DNA from: Octopus vulgaris
Lineage: Eukaryota
Direction of reading: 5' to 3'
NCBI GenBank assembly: GCA_951406725.2
Contig: OX597815.1
Location: 68,758,001-68,822,000, forward strand
DNA length: 64,000 bases
Shown here in pieces: positions 1 through 14,239 of the stretch. The notes beneath the pieces were generated by a model that was not told the DNA's origin, made no database searches, and saw only the letters and a program-made list of their open reading frames with translations. The position numbers and the translations under genes are program-made. Within the stretch, counting starts at the first letter, position 1. Every line of letters starts with the position of its first letter.

Positions 1-317
1 TTGATATGAAAATTATGTATTAATGGAAAACCTCTATAAATGGCTGATGATTGCTCAATATTTTAAAACTGTTGTAATACTTACAATATTTAATAAAATG
101 ATGTAGAGTGAAACGATTGTACCAAATTACCGAAGTTATTCTTGTTGCTTATTTTGATTATATATATATATACATACATACATAAAAACATACACACACG
201 CATACATACATTCATACACACATACATATTGTTTGTTTTTATTTATATGTTATATATGACAGGTCTGATGATGGCTTTGCTGAGTAAAACTTCAAAGTCA
301 ATGTTAATACTATTCGT

Positions 318-361
<44 letters not shown>

Positions 362-368
362 GTATAAA

Positions 369-888
<520 letters not shown>

Positions 889-1458
889 AAAGTAATGACT
901 TTTTACCAACATAATGTGGCAGTCCCAGGACATAGAACTTTTTGTTTTTGTGTCATATAGCCAGCAGGAAATGATGTTTCTTGAGGCTTAATAACTAACA
1001 TTCCTCCCATCCTGTGACTGCCACATTCTATTGGCAAAACGTCATTACTTTATGGTGCTGTTACTGTATATTTTTCTTTGAGAGATTTAGAAATAATAAT
1101 ATTTCTATTTTGTAGCTCAGTGACTGTCTGTCACTTTGAAATCTATATATGTTCAACAGCAGTTCAGTAGCAACATCTAGCCAACCAAGCTACTCCATGC
1201 TGATAAAGGGAAATAACCCAGAAACTGGTTAATGGATGCAAAGTTGTGCTGGGTGGAGATACTGATCTTCGGTGTTTGAAAATGTAAGGACACAGAACTT
1301 TTTGTGTCATATAGCCAGCTGATGTTTCCCGGGGCTAAATAACAGTCACATTCATACCATTCTGGGACTGCCACATTATGTTAGCAAAAATCATTACTTC
1401 ATGGTGCTGTTGCTATATATTTCTTTTTGAGAGATTTAGAAATAAATTATTTCTATTC
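889..1458. repeat. Small MITE-like inverted repeat (889-1051) plus a local ~180-bp direct duplication (927-1109 vs 1287-1458)
   Basis: aaagtaatgac...ggcagtcccagga pairs with tcctgtgactgcc...gtcattacttt. The block aggaca...gagagatttagaaataa recurs at 1287. Confidence 0.6.
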
Positions 1459-2409
1459 CATATATATATTACACACACACATATACACAATTGACTTCTT
1501 TCAATTTTTGTTTACACATAAGGCTTTAGTCAACCTGCTGCTATGATAGAAGATACTTACCCACAGTGCCAGGCAGTGGAACATCTTAACCCGGCAATGT
1601 AGTGAGTTCTTAACCAAATCATTTCATTTTATGTTGCTCTATGTCATTCCAACATAAATAAGTAGCATTGGAGTTAAATCTCTGATGGAGTAGCATCCTG
1701 TTCAGGAAAGAATTTATATTCAGAATTACTTAGATACCATGGAAACCAGAATAAGTTCTGATATAATGAGCCTGTAGTTTTCAGATAGAGTTAAAATCTT
1801 CTTTTTCTTTTAACTTCATGGGTTGCAGAGGTGACATATGTAACTCCTAGTATTTTTGTTTACCTCTGTATAGCATTTTTACAGGATGTAGTGAAAATTT
1901 AATTGAATTTGATCTCAAGCGTTACTGCTAAGGGAGATAATTGATTTGATTGGCAGTATTCAAATTAGTTGTTTCAGGGACTAGTTTCTAAGGGTTGATG
2001 TAAAGTTGGAGTAATTTAGCAGCTATGTCTGATGAAAGGTATTATTAGCATGATGATCACTACATATGTTTGGTGGTGACGGGAAAAGTTATATGTTCAT
2101 TTTGACTGGCTGGGTATGGAGGAAGCAGCAGTGTTCATGGCCTTCACAAGTCATCCTACGCTGGTGATGTTGATGCTTAAGGGTAGTAGTCAGTTATACG
2201 TTCTTGTTTACAAATTAGGAAGGCTGCCTTGAGTAGATAAGGATATTACTAAAGTTTGAGTTTCCAACTATTTTCTTCAGCCTACATTAGTATATTTACA
2301 ACTGTACATTCAATAAATGAAAGGATTAATGTTCAATGAACATAACTGTTAGAAATCTTGCTTGACAATATGAAAGTAGTGCAAGGAAATTAGTCACTGC
2401 ATATAATTT

Positions 2410-2622
2410 CTTTCTAATTTTGGCACAAGGCCAGCAATTTTGTGGAGAGAGGGTTAGTTGATTACATTGATCCCAGTGTTCTATGGGTATTTATAAAACT
2501 GACCCCAAAAGAATAAAAGGCAAAGTCAACCTTAGCAGAATTTAAACTCAGAATATAAAGAGCAAGAAGACATGCCACTAAGCAGTTAGTCTGATGCAGT
2601 AACAATTCTGCCAGTTCACCAC
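2410..2622 (-). mobile_element. SINE family A copy
   Basis: Reverse complement of the 369-597 type (gacccc...aaaggcaaagtcaacct...ctgccag). Confidence 0.8.
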
Positions 2623-4724
2623 ACTAGTGATTTTGTCAACTACAGTATAAGCATATTACTTAAAAGTGAAAGAGAGGGAGGGAGAACCACTCCATGAGAC
2701 AAGCAACATAGATTCCCTTAGGCAGCTTCGTGACTTTCTGGTTATCAGTCTTTTTAAGGATGTTAACCATCTTTCTAGAATCTCTGGCCAAACTTCTCTT
2801 GAAGATTGGCATCTCAGCCAAAATACGTCTGCCAGTGCCAACTGGTTGAGCCATATTTGTACAAGTGTTAATACCTTTTATGGTGACAGTTTTCCTTTGA
2901 TGGTAATTAGGCCAGTTTGTGATTCTAGCCTGGATAAATCTGAGAGCTATAGTTCAAATTTCAGCTGGGGTCTACCTGCAATCCATAGATGTTTCTCTTG
3001 AACCATTATAAGTCAACATCTATAGAGAAAACATGAGCGGGAATGGAATTTCGGAAGAGAGAATGTGTCTTGAGGTGTGGTTACCGATATCATGATGGGT
3101 ATAGAATGAAAGATATGAGATGCTGGTAGTTGAGTTGGGTTCAAGCTACATATAATAAATGTACAACATTTATGAACAATTAATAGAATTTTATTCACTA
3201 CACAAATATTTTCCATGTTGGTCATGAACTAGAAATGTAATAAGGATTGCACACTGGAAAGTACAATTCTGTATTTATAAAATAGTTGGTCAAGTTGGCT
3301 CTGTAAATAAGCTATCATGACAGGAGAAAATGTACCACGCTGGGTTCATGGCTGCAAATCTGTAGTTGTTGACTACTAGGTTGAGTAAGAAGTTATTAGA
3401 ACAACTGTTAAAAGCAGCAAAATGAGAATGTGGTTAGCTTAGCTGCAATCACCCACAAACTGAAGCAAGAGGGGAGATATGTGAAAATGAATTGGTCAGT
3501 CTCTGTGCAATAAGCCTGGCAAAACTGGAGATGCATTCTGCTTGGTTGTCTTCGATACTTTGCCAAGCTGGTGCTAACAATGTGCCTATTTATCAGCTCT
3601 GTAAAGGGATGTTCTAGTAGCTTCTAGAAAAACATATCAAGCAATGTCTTGATTCTGTCTGGATTCTCAACTGATCATATGAAAAACCTGTTAGTAAACT
3701 ATGATTTTAACTTGGCAGTTTGTTGATTCAGTTACTAATCTGCTATAAATGTAACAGGAACAAAGACTTGGGTGTAGTAATTATTGAAAAGCTTGGGGTT
3801 GGATGCTAGATGAGATAAAGAGAAGAGAGATCTGTGAACCAAGAATATCCTGAGTGAGGATGATATGTACCCAGCTAACTCTGAGGAGTAGAAAAGAAAG
3901 ACAGGGAGAGGAAACAGAAAGGTATCTGTGACTTTATGCTAATTATCTGAATGGCCCTTTTCTGAATGTGAGGTTGGTTGTGTGTGTGAGCAGCAGCACT
4001 GTCCTAGATGCAAGAGCAACAGTCCTTTGTGGGTTTCACTTGATTTTTGTAAAGTGTAATTGTTGGGGAAGTGGGTTATCATTTGGTCGTTCTGAGAAAA
4101 ACCAATTGTTGAGATGCGGTTTTATATCAAGTATGTAGGTATAGGTTAAAAGGATTTTTCCACCTGGAAAATGACAAATTCTAAGTGTTTTGTAGTTATA
4201 GCGGCCTAGCGGTTACAGGGGTTGCCCTCATGATCGCAAGATTGTAGTTTCGATTCTCGGACCGAGAGGTGTCTTCTCAATCATTTATATGTCATGGAAA
4301 CCGGGTAACAGGCCCTATGGGCCCTAGAACTCTAGACAGTAATGTGTAGGGGTTGATAATGATAATCATCATGCACTACGATATAGTTATGACTCTTAAC
4401 GCTCCGAGATCAAATCTCCTAAAACTGCCTTTCATCTTTCAGGGATCGATGATCATATTAAGTGCCAGCCCTATATGAAGTCACTTTTTATTCGAATCAT
4501 TCTAGATATGAATGCTATTATAATAGAAGGCAAAGACTTAAGTGGAGAAGGGGTGATTTATAAACAATAACATCAAATTTTTAGCTCCAATAATAAAACT
4601 TATTCAAATGAAAAATACTTGACACTGGGAATAATTTTACAAATAACGTATATATTTTAATCTGAACTTTATTTGAAATTATGTTTAAATAAGTTGGTCA
4701 TGATACTAAATAAGTCACAACTAA

Positions 4725-5079
4725 CATAAAACGATGCGCGATTAAATAGTCAAACCGGAAATAGAATATTACACTATATTTTCTGCGGCATGGTTAAGTA
4801 TTTTGACTTTCCTTCCCGCTTCACTTAGAAAATATAATTTAAATATTTCTTATCGAATATTATTTTGCATCATGTCATTTTATTCAATATTTGTTCTAAA
4901 ATATGCTTTTTATATTTTTTCTTTCAAGAATTGAAAAATTAAAATTAAAAATATTACGCTTGTAAATATAACAACCAATAAACAGCCGCAAAATCCTTCA
5001 GCAAGAATAACAATAACAATAAGAAAAATGGTCTTGAAGTTATCTCCCTTGGTGTCTTTAGTGAACACATGTTAGCAAA
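4725..5079 (+). promoter_or_regulatory. Putative GKAP1 promoter / 5' UTR region
   Basis: Locally CpG-retaining, repeat-free DNA with an ETS-type CCGGAA near 4756 and GCGCG. A strong acceptor-like tract ending at 4928 hints at a small 5'-UTR intron. Confidence 0.4.
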
Positions 5080-5256
5080 ATGGCAGTTGCCAGCATTAAA
5101 GTTTACCAGTCGAGGTTTGCAGCACTCAGAGTCGATGACGACAGTGATGAAGAGAAAAAGCCGATGAAATCCAACGAGAAATCCTCTCAGCAACAGCAGC
5201 AACAAAAAAAGAAACTGAAGAAAAAGAAGAACAACCAGAATTCTCAAACGGCTGAG
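5080..5256 (+). CDS. GKAP1: GKAP1 coding exon 1 (MAVASIKVYQSRFAALRVDDDSDEE...QTAE)
   Basis: ATG in AAAATGG context; SRFAAL motif; acidic, polyQ and polyK tracts; donor GAG|GTAACA at 5257, phase 0. Confidence 0.93.
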
Positions 5257-5630
5257 GTAACACGGAACTACATCTGGTTTTGAAATGTTCATAACACTGT
5301 CTTGTCTGATGTCAAATCTAATTTTTGGAACTAAATATAGTGTTATCTTAGACACTAAGAAACCGCACAAACAATGCAATTCGTCTTTAGAGGCATATCG
5401 ACTTTCAGTTTAGTTCTGTAGTGTGCAGGAAGATTATTTACAAAATGTGATATTTCTATTAATGTAAACCGTTAAGTCACGTTTTTAACTGAAAAATAAA
5501 CCTAAAATTAACGATGGCTTATCGAAAAAAAAACCTCTGATTTAATTAAATAAATCTTAGAGTGACTATTTATTTTTTTAAATGAAAAAGAATATTTAAA
5601 ATTAAAGCGGTAAAATATTTTAAATACGCC

Positions 5631-5670
<40 letters not shown>

Positions 5671-7185
5671 GTGTGTCTGTTTGTGTAAAAATTCTTTAAG
5701 GCGTCTTCGATTGGCTTATAGTGTTTTTGTTCATTCTCTGAATTCATGTTGTCTTTCACGCTCTGCATTTTCTGTATACAGCTCCTCAGAAATATGATCA
5801 ATTTTGATATCCCCTTTTCAGTTGAAATAAGCCATTCATTCAGACATCGTCTTTGTGGTCAACACTGACCACGTTTTCCCTTCCATTCTGCGGCTAGTCT
5901 ATTTCTTTCTGTATGTCACCTCATTTCCCATTCCAAGAGACTGCTTCGTTTGTCTCTTGTTCATCTTAACTTGCCCTTTTACTAAGGAAATTAACACAAA
6001 TACCCCGAATACATTTAGTATCTGGAATTCACGATGCAAGTAAAATGGGGAAATGTTTTCTTGTTTTTAATTTTTCCTACTTTCATGGAATCTTTTGCAG
6101 TTTATTTATTTATTTTCTTCCTCTTTAAAAAATGAGATTTATAAAAATAATCTTGTCCTGTGAATCCATCAATTATTGCAGACTAGAATAGGGTAGGAAG
6201 AACGGGAATCAGAGATGTTTAACGTAGGATGACTTCGAGTTACTTTTCTAAATTATTAGGGCTGATTTATTCTTTAGTTTTCTGGGAATTTTTTTCTCCT
6301 GTTTTCCCCAAATATTTTATAAACTTGTTTGACCTGATATTTATTACTTTTCTATCTAAACGAAAACAAAAGTTTTAACAGGTCGTTTCTTATCTCATTC
6401 TATCTTTGGGAAAATCTACCATGTTTAATACATTTAGAATTTAAAACAAGTTTTCGAAAAACTTTGGAAGTTTTACTATTACAATCAATTTAACCAATTC
6501 TATTTGTTCATAAAAATTATTTAACTTACTCGTGGAGATTCTGATTTGAATATTTTGAAAATAAATTGTATCTACTCTTTTAAAGTAGGGATTACGATGC
6601 AGGTTTTCTTACCCCAAATTTTGGTATTTTTGAGGCATTTTTGCCTTTTCCCATCATTCTGAATGAACCCTTTTCCTTCTCCATGAAGTAATGATAAGTT
6701 ATTCCAGAACTCTATTTTCTTTTCCATTTTATGTCGATCATTCTGAAGGTATTCAAATTTTGTCATTTGTTTTTCAATATAACCGTTTTCTCATCTCTCC
6801 TTATTACACTCAGTTATACTAATTAAAAAAATTATATCGTATACGGTGAACAATAGTGTTATCTGTTCTGATGACAACGGAATAAATCACTACAGAAGAA
6901 ATATCGCTTGGAACTTCGTTCAAGACACTCCAACTCTTCAAATTTCTTCGTCGATGAATATCCGTCAACAAAAGACAGACTCCCACATTTATATATAATT
7001 CGCATAATTTCCGTCAGTTTCTACTAATATTAGTCAACTTGGGGTAATAGAATCGATGGTACCTGGAATGTACTTGGATGCAAAGCCAATTTCTTGTGTG
7101 TAAACTACTTAGCTTGTGTCCATAATTTTGGACATGCCTGTTTCATTATTCAATGTAGAATTCATTTATTTAGCGCCATTTAATA

Positions 7186-8175
7186 AGCACTCTTTTACTC
7201 TTTACTCTTTTATTTGTTTCAGTCATTTGACTGCGGCCATGCTGGAGCACCGCCTTTAATCGAGCAACTCGACCCCGGGACTTATTCTTTTGTAAGCACA
7301 GTACTTATTCTATCGGTCTCTTTTGCCGAACCGCTAAGTAACGGGGACATAAACACACCAGCATCGGTTGTCAAGCAATGCTAGGGGGACAAACACAGAC
7401 ACACAAACACACACACGCATATATATATATATGTCGGTGGCACGTAAAAGCACCATCCGTTCGTGTTCGTTGCCAGCCTCGCATGGCCCCGTGCCGGTGA
7501 CACGTAAAAGCACCGTCCGTTCGTGGCCGTTTGCCAGCTCTGTCTGGCCCCGTGTCGGTGGCACGTAAAAGCACCATCCGTTCGTGGCCGTTTGCCAGCT
7601 CTGTCTGGCCCCGTGTCGGTGGCACGTAAAAGCACCATCCGTTCGTGTCCGTTGCCAGCCTCGGCTGGCCCCCCGTGCCGGTGACACGTAAAAGCACCGT
7701 CCGCTCGTGGCCGTTTGCCAGCTCTGTCTGGCAACCGTGTCGGTGGCACGTAAAAGCACCATCCGTTCGCGTCCGTTGCCAGCCTCGGCTGGCCCCCGTG
7801 CCGGTGACACGTAAAAGCACCGTCCGTTCGTGGCCGGTTGCCAGCTCTGTCTGGCCCCGTGTCGGTGGCACGTAAAAGCACCATCCGTTCGTGTCCGTTG
7901 CCAGCATCGCCTGGCCCCGTGCTGGTGACATGTAAAAGCACCATCCGTTCGTGGCCGTTCGCCAGCTCTGTCTGGCACCTGTGCAGGTGGCACGTAAAAA
8001 ACACCCACTACACTCGCGGAGTGGTTGGTGTTAGGAGGGGCATCCAGCCGTAGAAACACTGCCAGATCTGACTGGGCCTGACGAAGCCTTCCAGTTTCAC
8101 AGACCCCAGTTGACCCGTACAACCCATGCTAGCATGGAAAGCGGACGCTAAACGATGATGATGATGATGATGATG

Positions 8176-8212
<37 letters not shown>

Positions 8213-8380
8213 TATATACGACGGGCTTCTTTTAGTTTCCGTCTACCAAATCCACTCACAAGGCTTTGGTCGGCCCGAGGCTATAGTAGAAGACACTTGC
8301 CCAAGGTGCCACGCAGTGGGACTGAACCCAGAACCATGTGGTTGGTAAACAAGCTACTTACCACACACCCACTCCTGCAC
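7186..8380 (-). mobile_element. tRNA-derived CORE-type SINE, family B, split by an RTE 3' fragment in its internal microsatellite
   Basis: Head and CORE-like (CACCTTGGGCAAGT) part at 8200-8380 and tail at 7186-7430 match the uninterrupted copy at 58188-58600. Confidence 0.8.
7432..8176 (+). mobile_element. 5'-truncated RTE LINE 3' end with a ~61-bp tandem array (~9 units) and (GAT)n tail
   Basis: Units start near 7432, 7491, 7552, 7613, 7675, 7737, 7798, 7859, 7919 and 7980. The 3' end is the same as that of the coding RTE at 35003-36865. Confidence 0.85.
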
Positions 8381-9274
8381 CTAGCACACATATATTAAAT
8401 GATGTTTTAAGCTTGTTTCTGGTATCCCAGACTTGACCCATGCATGACTTGTCTTTCTCAGTGTCAGCAACATAAGACCGAACGTACTTGAAGTCACTGA
8501 CCTCCTTGTCTGCTATCACTGGAACAAATTGGTAAATGGCTTTCATCTTTAATGATGGTCATGCATTCAGTCTTCTTTGCATTGGGAAACATACCAACCG
8601 TGTCTGCAGCATGTTAACATGTTTCCGTTGATTGTCTGTGAGGGCAAGCTCAGTAGCATGGTGAAGATCTTGGTGATACAGGTTCTACTAATATCATGAT
8701 TGCTGTGTGCATTGTTTAGCACATTATGAGTAAGAGGGACAGGACCCAATATCTTTGTGATTTTACCACACTGGTGAAATCAATACTGTTGATCTTTCGT
8801 TTGAAAGTGTTGAGGACAATGCTTATTGAAAGAATGGGTAGATGAATTGCAGTTCTATTGGTGATGATTGAGCAAAGGTTGATACACAATTGGTGCTGTG
8901 AGATGGACAAGGCAAGTGGCCTGGAGTAGAGGTGAGGTGTTATTGCTAGTTTAGAGGCCATTGCAGTGGTGAAGAAGAAACATCTAAGCATCATTATTTA
9001 TCATCCCTGTTACATGCTGGCATGAGTTGGACAATTTGACTGAATCTGACTTATCCAAAATCTTCATCACACCCCACTATCAACTTTGGTTTCCACAATT
9101 GAATGCCCTTCTTATTGGTGAGGAAAATGTTTTCCAATCAGCAGAAAGGTGTTCAAGATGGAATCTAGGATTTTTGTCTTGCAGAGGGACTGTTTCAAGT
9201 ATGTTAGCAGTACTCCAATAGGAGGTCATATTTGTTGCAGATTGGGACTGAAGTACTTTTTTAGCTTGTACTCC

Positions 9275-9501
9275 TAACCTTTTAGCATTTAAACCGGCCA
9301 TATTGAACCCAAATATTCTACCTGTTTTATATTTAAACTGGCAGGATCTGGTCTTTCACACCTAACCTACAATGCTATTCTAAAAATAAACCATCACATC
9401 ATTGAAATCTCAAAGCTATGATGTAATGCATGATTACTTTAAAACATTGTGAATAAATAAGCATTATATTTGACAGAATAATCTGAATGCAGAAAGGTTA
9501 A
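9275..9501. mobile_element. piggyBac-type MITE, family P2
   Basis: taacc-ttttagcatt...aatgcagaaagg-ttaa termini; internal sequence matches 14240-14455 and 56632-56830. Confidence 0.7.
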
Positions 9502-12500
9502 AGACTGGTGCACATATGAGTCATTTGATTTGGTTTCTATAGCTGGATACCCTTCTAATCACCTCTTTACCGTGTGTACAAGTGTTTTCTCTTGGCACCA
9601 ACATCTGAGTACTTAGTAACCAAAGGCATGTAGACCAAGGAATGGGATAGAAGGAGCCGTGAGAGCAAAACACTAGAAATGGATAGATAAGGGTGTAAAT
9701 GTAGAGAGTATTCAGTATTCTAAGGTGTGTACATTTATTCAGATGGCCTTGGAGGAGTGGAGGAGGAAGAGAGGGAGCAAGATATATGAGATCACCATGA
9801 GAGATTATCAGAGATTAAGTTGAACATTTGTAGTGAGTAGAATTTTTTTTCTTTTTTGTTTCTGTGAAGGGAAGGTGTGGTTATAAAGCTGTTTCTTTGG
9901 CATTTGTGACAATTGTTTTAGTACTGTTGAATGAAAATGGGTTGTCAACTTCCTTAGGAGGATGTTTGTTTTTTTTAATTTCTATTCATGGAAGCTGTGC
10001 ATATCTGGCATGAAGTAAGTTGTGTGTGGATGACATTTAAGATTAAGAAGAAATGAAAGATTGTATTATCCATATAGAAAAGTGTGTGTGTATAGTTAAA
10101 AGTAACTTGATGGACTGTGGAAAGAGGACCTATTAGAGAAGTAATCTCATGAGGAATCATTGATCCAAAAACATGAGAAATTGGTTGAGTTTGCAATGTG
10201 GCTGTGTTTGGTGTTTGGCTTTGACCAGATTTGATCTGAGTTTTTGATGTCAAACCTAGTTGAAGTCTTTGGAAATCATGGACAACAACATTTTTTGAAT
10301 GACTATTGGTTTTAACAAGGGAGTGCAAATCTCTAGTAAATCTACTTATGTAGAAACCATTCTGGTGGCCATGGAGGATAAAGAGTGAAGATGATGAAGT
10401 GATTGTTTATAAATGTTTCTCTATCACCTTTGAGATTCTGAAATTTTGGCTATAGTTATCTGCCTAAGACAGTTGTGAATTTGACATATTGCTTGGTTGG
10501 AATAATTGTTGTTGCTTAATCCCAGGTTAGTTTTAATTAGGCAGACATAAAAGCTTTCCATCCAGGGAACCGATGAATGTATTATTTAATCTAATGTGAT
10601 GATGATGAATATGTCCTTTTCTTTTAAGCTGATTTGAGGAAGAGTTGGCTACTATTTCTTGCAGGTCGGATAAGCTCCCTTTTAGCTTGTAATGGAAGAA
10701 GTTACTTCTATTGCGACTGTTCATAGTGGTGAGATGGAAAATTTGGGAGAAGTAAAGCGTCTGGCAAATTCAGAGCTATCATCAGCAGGCTTCGTGCCTG
10801 TCCAAATTGATTGAGTGGGAAAAAGAAATCCTTTTTAGCAAGATAACAGAAGATTTAAGAAATATTGATTACAGGTTGTACAGTGTATGAAAGTATTCTT
10901 CGCTTTCCTGATGATCATCTTATGTACATTACAACAATGCATGAAAGTCTTCTAATTGGTGACATGGGTTGAAGCTATCATGTTTTTATTGTGAGTAGGG
11001 ACTCACAGGATTTTGAATTTATGAACTTTATGAAATCTGTTCTCAAAGAGTTGACTGATCAGGTTGAATGACAGTTGTACAAGTTCCTTAAATGGACAAT
11101 AATTTTGTAGCTAGTCCCACACAAAAAAAAAGAAACATCCATTTCACACAGTAAAGTGGTTGTCATAAAGGGTATCTAGCTGTAGAAACCATGCCACAGC
11201 AGACAGTAGAGCTTAGTGCAGTTCTCTGGCTCACCAGCATAGAAAACGGATAGTAAATGATGATGATGGCTTAAGTTTTGATGTTGTAAACTGTGTTGAC
11301 ATGATCTGGCAGGAGTAGGCCTATAATGATTTGTGGAAGTTAGTTGATCAGACATACAAGTGAGTCTCATAGATAAGATGATAAACAAGCATCATCATCA
11401 TTTATAATGTTTTCCAAGCTGGCATGGATTGTATAGTTTGATGAGGTTGAAAGCCAGAGGTTCTGTGCCAAGCTTGATTGTCTGCTTTGGATTGGTTTCT
11501 ACAGCTGGATGCCCTTCTTAATGTCAACCACTTTACAGTGTACTAGGTGCTTCTTTGTGTCACCAGCACTGGCAAGGTCACCAAGTAACTTGCCAGACAA
11601 AGACCCCTTGACTGGGAGGGGGAGTAGTATTGATCTGCCAGTTGATAAGAGGTTAAAAAGTATAATGGAGGCATGGAGATAGGTGTTTCACTGTAGAGGG
11701 GATACATGGATACCCCAGTTGGAAAAGAAAGAGACGGAAAAATAAGACTCGTTAAATGATTTTGTATTGCTGTACTGACCCTGCTCAACCCTACCTTTCT
11801 TATGTTGAAAGTAATTAAAATAAGTATCAGTGTTATGTTTTTGTCCCACAACTTTTCTCTCTCTTAGAAATAAGTACCTGATCTCTTGGAGCTGTTGTCT
11901 AGAAATGATTTAGATTCTACCAAAGATGAGATGCATTTATCGTCTACTTAATCTGATGAAGTCCAGAGCTAAGAATGGATTTTATAAAGAGTACTATATG
12001 TTGGCTAGTTAAACGGCCAACTTAGTTTCAGTTCATAGTTGTAGTCATATTTGCACCAATGAATTAATTACTTTACATTTATCAGTGTGTGTAATATGTG
12101 TAGTTAAAAAGTTTACTTCTCAACCACATGGTTTTGAGTTCAGTCCCACTGTTAGGCATCTTGGGAAAGTGTCTTCTGTAGCTTTAGGTCAGCCCAAGCT
12201 TTTTGAAAGGATTTGACAAACAGAAAGGGAAAGAAATCTATGTGTGATTGTTTGCATCTCCTTGTCTTGGCATTGAGTGATAAGTGTAGATTGTCACTGT
12301 CATTCATTTCCAGTATTCTGCCGAAACATCTGGCCATCGGGGTATATTACCTTGCTTGGAAACAGATGAGGGTTGGAGACAGGATGGACATCCACCTGTA
12401 GAAAATCTGCCATATTAAACTCTGTGCAACACATGCAAACATGGAAAAATGTGGCTAAAATGATAATTATACATAAGAAGATGAATAAGGATCTGGAAAT

Positions 12501-12542
12501 ATGGACTCTGCCCTCACTCACTCTCTACATAATATTTTTCAG

Positions 12543-12656
12543 CTGAAAAATCTTGCTTTTGGTAAATCAACTCCAAAGGCTAAGAAGAATCAAAAGGCCG
12601 GTTCTGTGAATGTTAATGAGAAACAATGGGAAGATTGGAAGAAAAATGATGAAGAG
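12543..12656 (+). CDS. GKAP1: GKAP1 coding exon 2 (LKNLAFGK...QWEDWKKNDEE)
   Basis: Acceptor tttttcAG at 12541-12542; donor GAG|GTAAAA; 114 nt, phase 0/0; conserved LxNLAF and WxxW motifs. Confidence 0.93.
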
Positions 12657-12835
12657 GTAAAACAATAACTTTAATTCAAATTTAAAAAATTTTTTAAAAT
12701 TTTTTCTTTTATATTTACACTAAAGTTTAAAAAGATTAAAAAAAGAAAGATCTGTCTTCAAAAATCCTTCAAATTCAGAGCCACTATTATTAAATCTAAA
12801 GCTTATGTAGTTCTTTTTTTTTTATGCCTCTGAAA

Positions 12836-13180
12836 TGCAGGCATGGCTGTGTGATTAAGAAGCTCATTTTGCAACCATATGGCTTCAGGTTCAATCCCAC
12901 AGTATGGCATTTTGGGCGTCTTCTGTTATAGCCCCAAAACTGATCAATGCCTTATGAGTGAATTTGATTGCTGGAAACTGTGGTAGCCCATCATTATATA
13001 TATATGTGATTATGTGTGTTTGTCCTTATCACTTGACAAATGGTGTTGGTTTGTTTATGTTCCCATAACTTAACAGTTCAACAAAAAAAATGGAATAACT
13101 GTGGTAAGTTTCTTTGAAATCATTCAAGGTGAGCTTCAACATGGCCACAGTCCTATGACTGAAACAAATAAAATATAAAA
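12836..13180 (+). mobile_element. SINE family B copy (diverged)
   Basis: Head gcaggcatggctgtgtg...ggttcaatcccac, internal microsatellite, tail ...catggccacagtc...gactgaaacaa. Confidence 0.7.
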
Positions 13181-13998
13181 GAAGAAATATAAAAAAAAAC
13201 AATATAGCCAAAATATTCTGAGAAAACACTTCATGCTGTAACAATATTGGACAGTATACAATGTGTTTACTTTATGAAATCACTTGATATCAATGAAGTA
13301 TCAAAATGATTTTGATACCAACCCACTTGAGACTGACTCTGGTTCTGTGATACAAACTTCCTGTTTTGAAGTGATTTAAGTTTAAACCTTCCATCAAAAT
13401 TTTGTGTTAATATTGCAAACATTTTAATAATAACAAAGTAATTTTAAATAAATTTATCATTATCTTCAAAACTAATTAAAACAAAGGCAGTGTATTTCAG
13501 CAGAAATCGGAAACAAAAGGGTTAAATATAAACAAATATATCTGGGTAATTTGGTAACATGACCAAAGGCAGGCAATTTTAAACATTTAGGTCTTGAAAG
13601 AAGGAAGGTCTGCTAACCACAATAGGTATCAAGGACACTGGCATTTCTTGAGTGTTTTGTCAGTATTTGCTCCTGTATTCAAATACTATCATGGTGCCTT
13701 CAGTGAAGATAGCACCAATTGTGGCAGATATTAACCATAAGCTGTTCAAAAACAGCACCCCAGTATTTCTTAACTGAAAATTTTATTTGTTGGGATTATT
13801 GTGTTAAAATTTTAAAATCAGTCAGTTAACAAGTTTAGAACATTTTTCTTTTAGTCAAGAGACAAAACCTATAACCATTTACAGAGACTCTACAGACAGG
13901 TACAAGGGAGGGAGGCATCCTGTAATTGGAGATCTGGCCTAAATGCTTGTAAAAGAGTGAACTCTACTAAAGGCAACTAAATTGCTAGGTGGTGTTAA

Positions 13999-14218
13999 CC
14001 CTTTCGTAACTGTATTTATTTTGAAATGCTCTGTATTTCTTTCAGTTACTTTAAATATAACAAAGAATTTAGTAAAATAACTTAGTTATCATTCAGCTAG
14101 TGTTAGGAACATAAATTGTGACTAAGGTTTGGTGGAAGATTTTAATTCAAAACTTATGAAAACAAAGCATTTTTACTCCGAGCCAAAGCCGGTTTCAGCC
14201 AGGTTGGTAACAAAAGGG
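13999..14218. mobile_element. piggyBac-type MITE, family P1, TTAA TSD
   Basis: TTAA|CCCTTTCGTAAC...GGTAACAAAAGGG|TTAA. The termini resemble those of the piggyBac at 45632-47763. Related copies at ~13310-13524 and 25910-26111. Confidence 0.85.
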
Positions 14219-14239
14219 TTAAACATGTCCCTGGATTAA

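Noticed and set aside
2640-4190. Coding region upstream of GKAP1
   Set aside because: Only short broken ORFs with no recognisable motif; probably an old retroelement, but I cannot classify it.
4196-4266. tRNA gene (also ~22185, ~26150, ~50370-50442)
   Set aside because: A/B boxes are present but no complete cloverleaf; these look like SINE heads.
7334-8122. CRISPR-like array or 262-aa repeat protein
   Set aside because: Units repeat along their whole length with no unique spacers, and there are no cas genes. It is an RTE 3'-UTR tandem repeat in a eukaryote.
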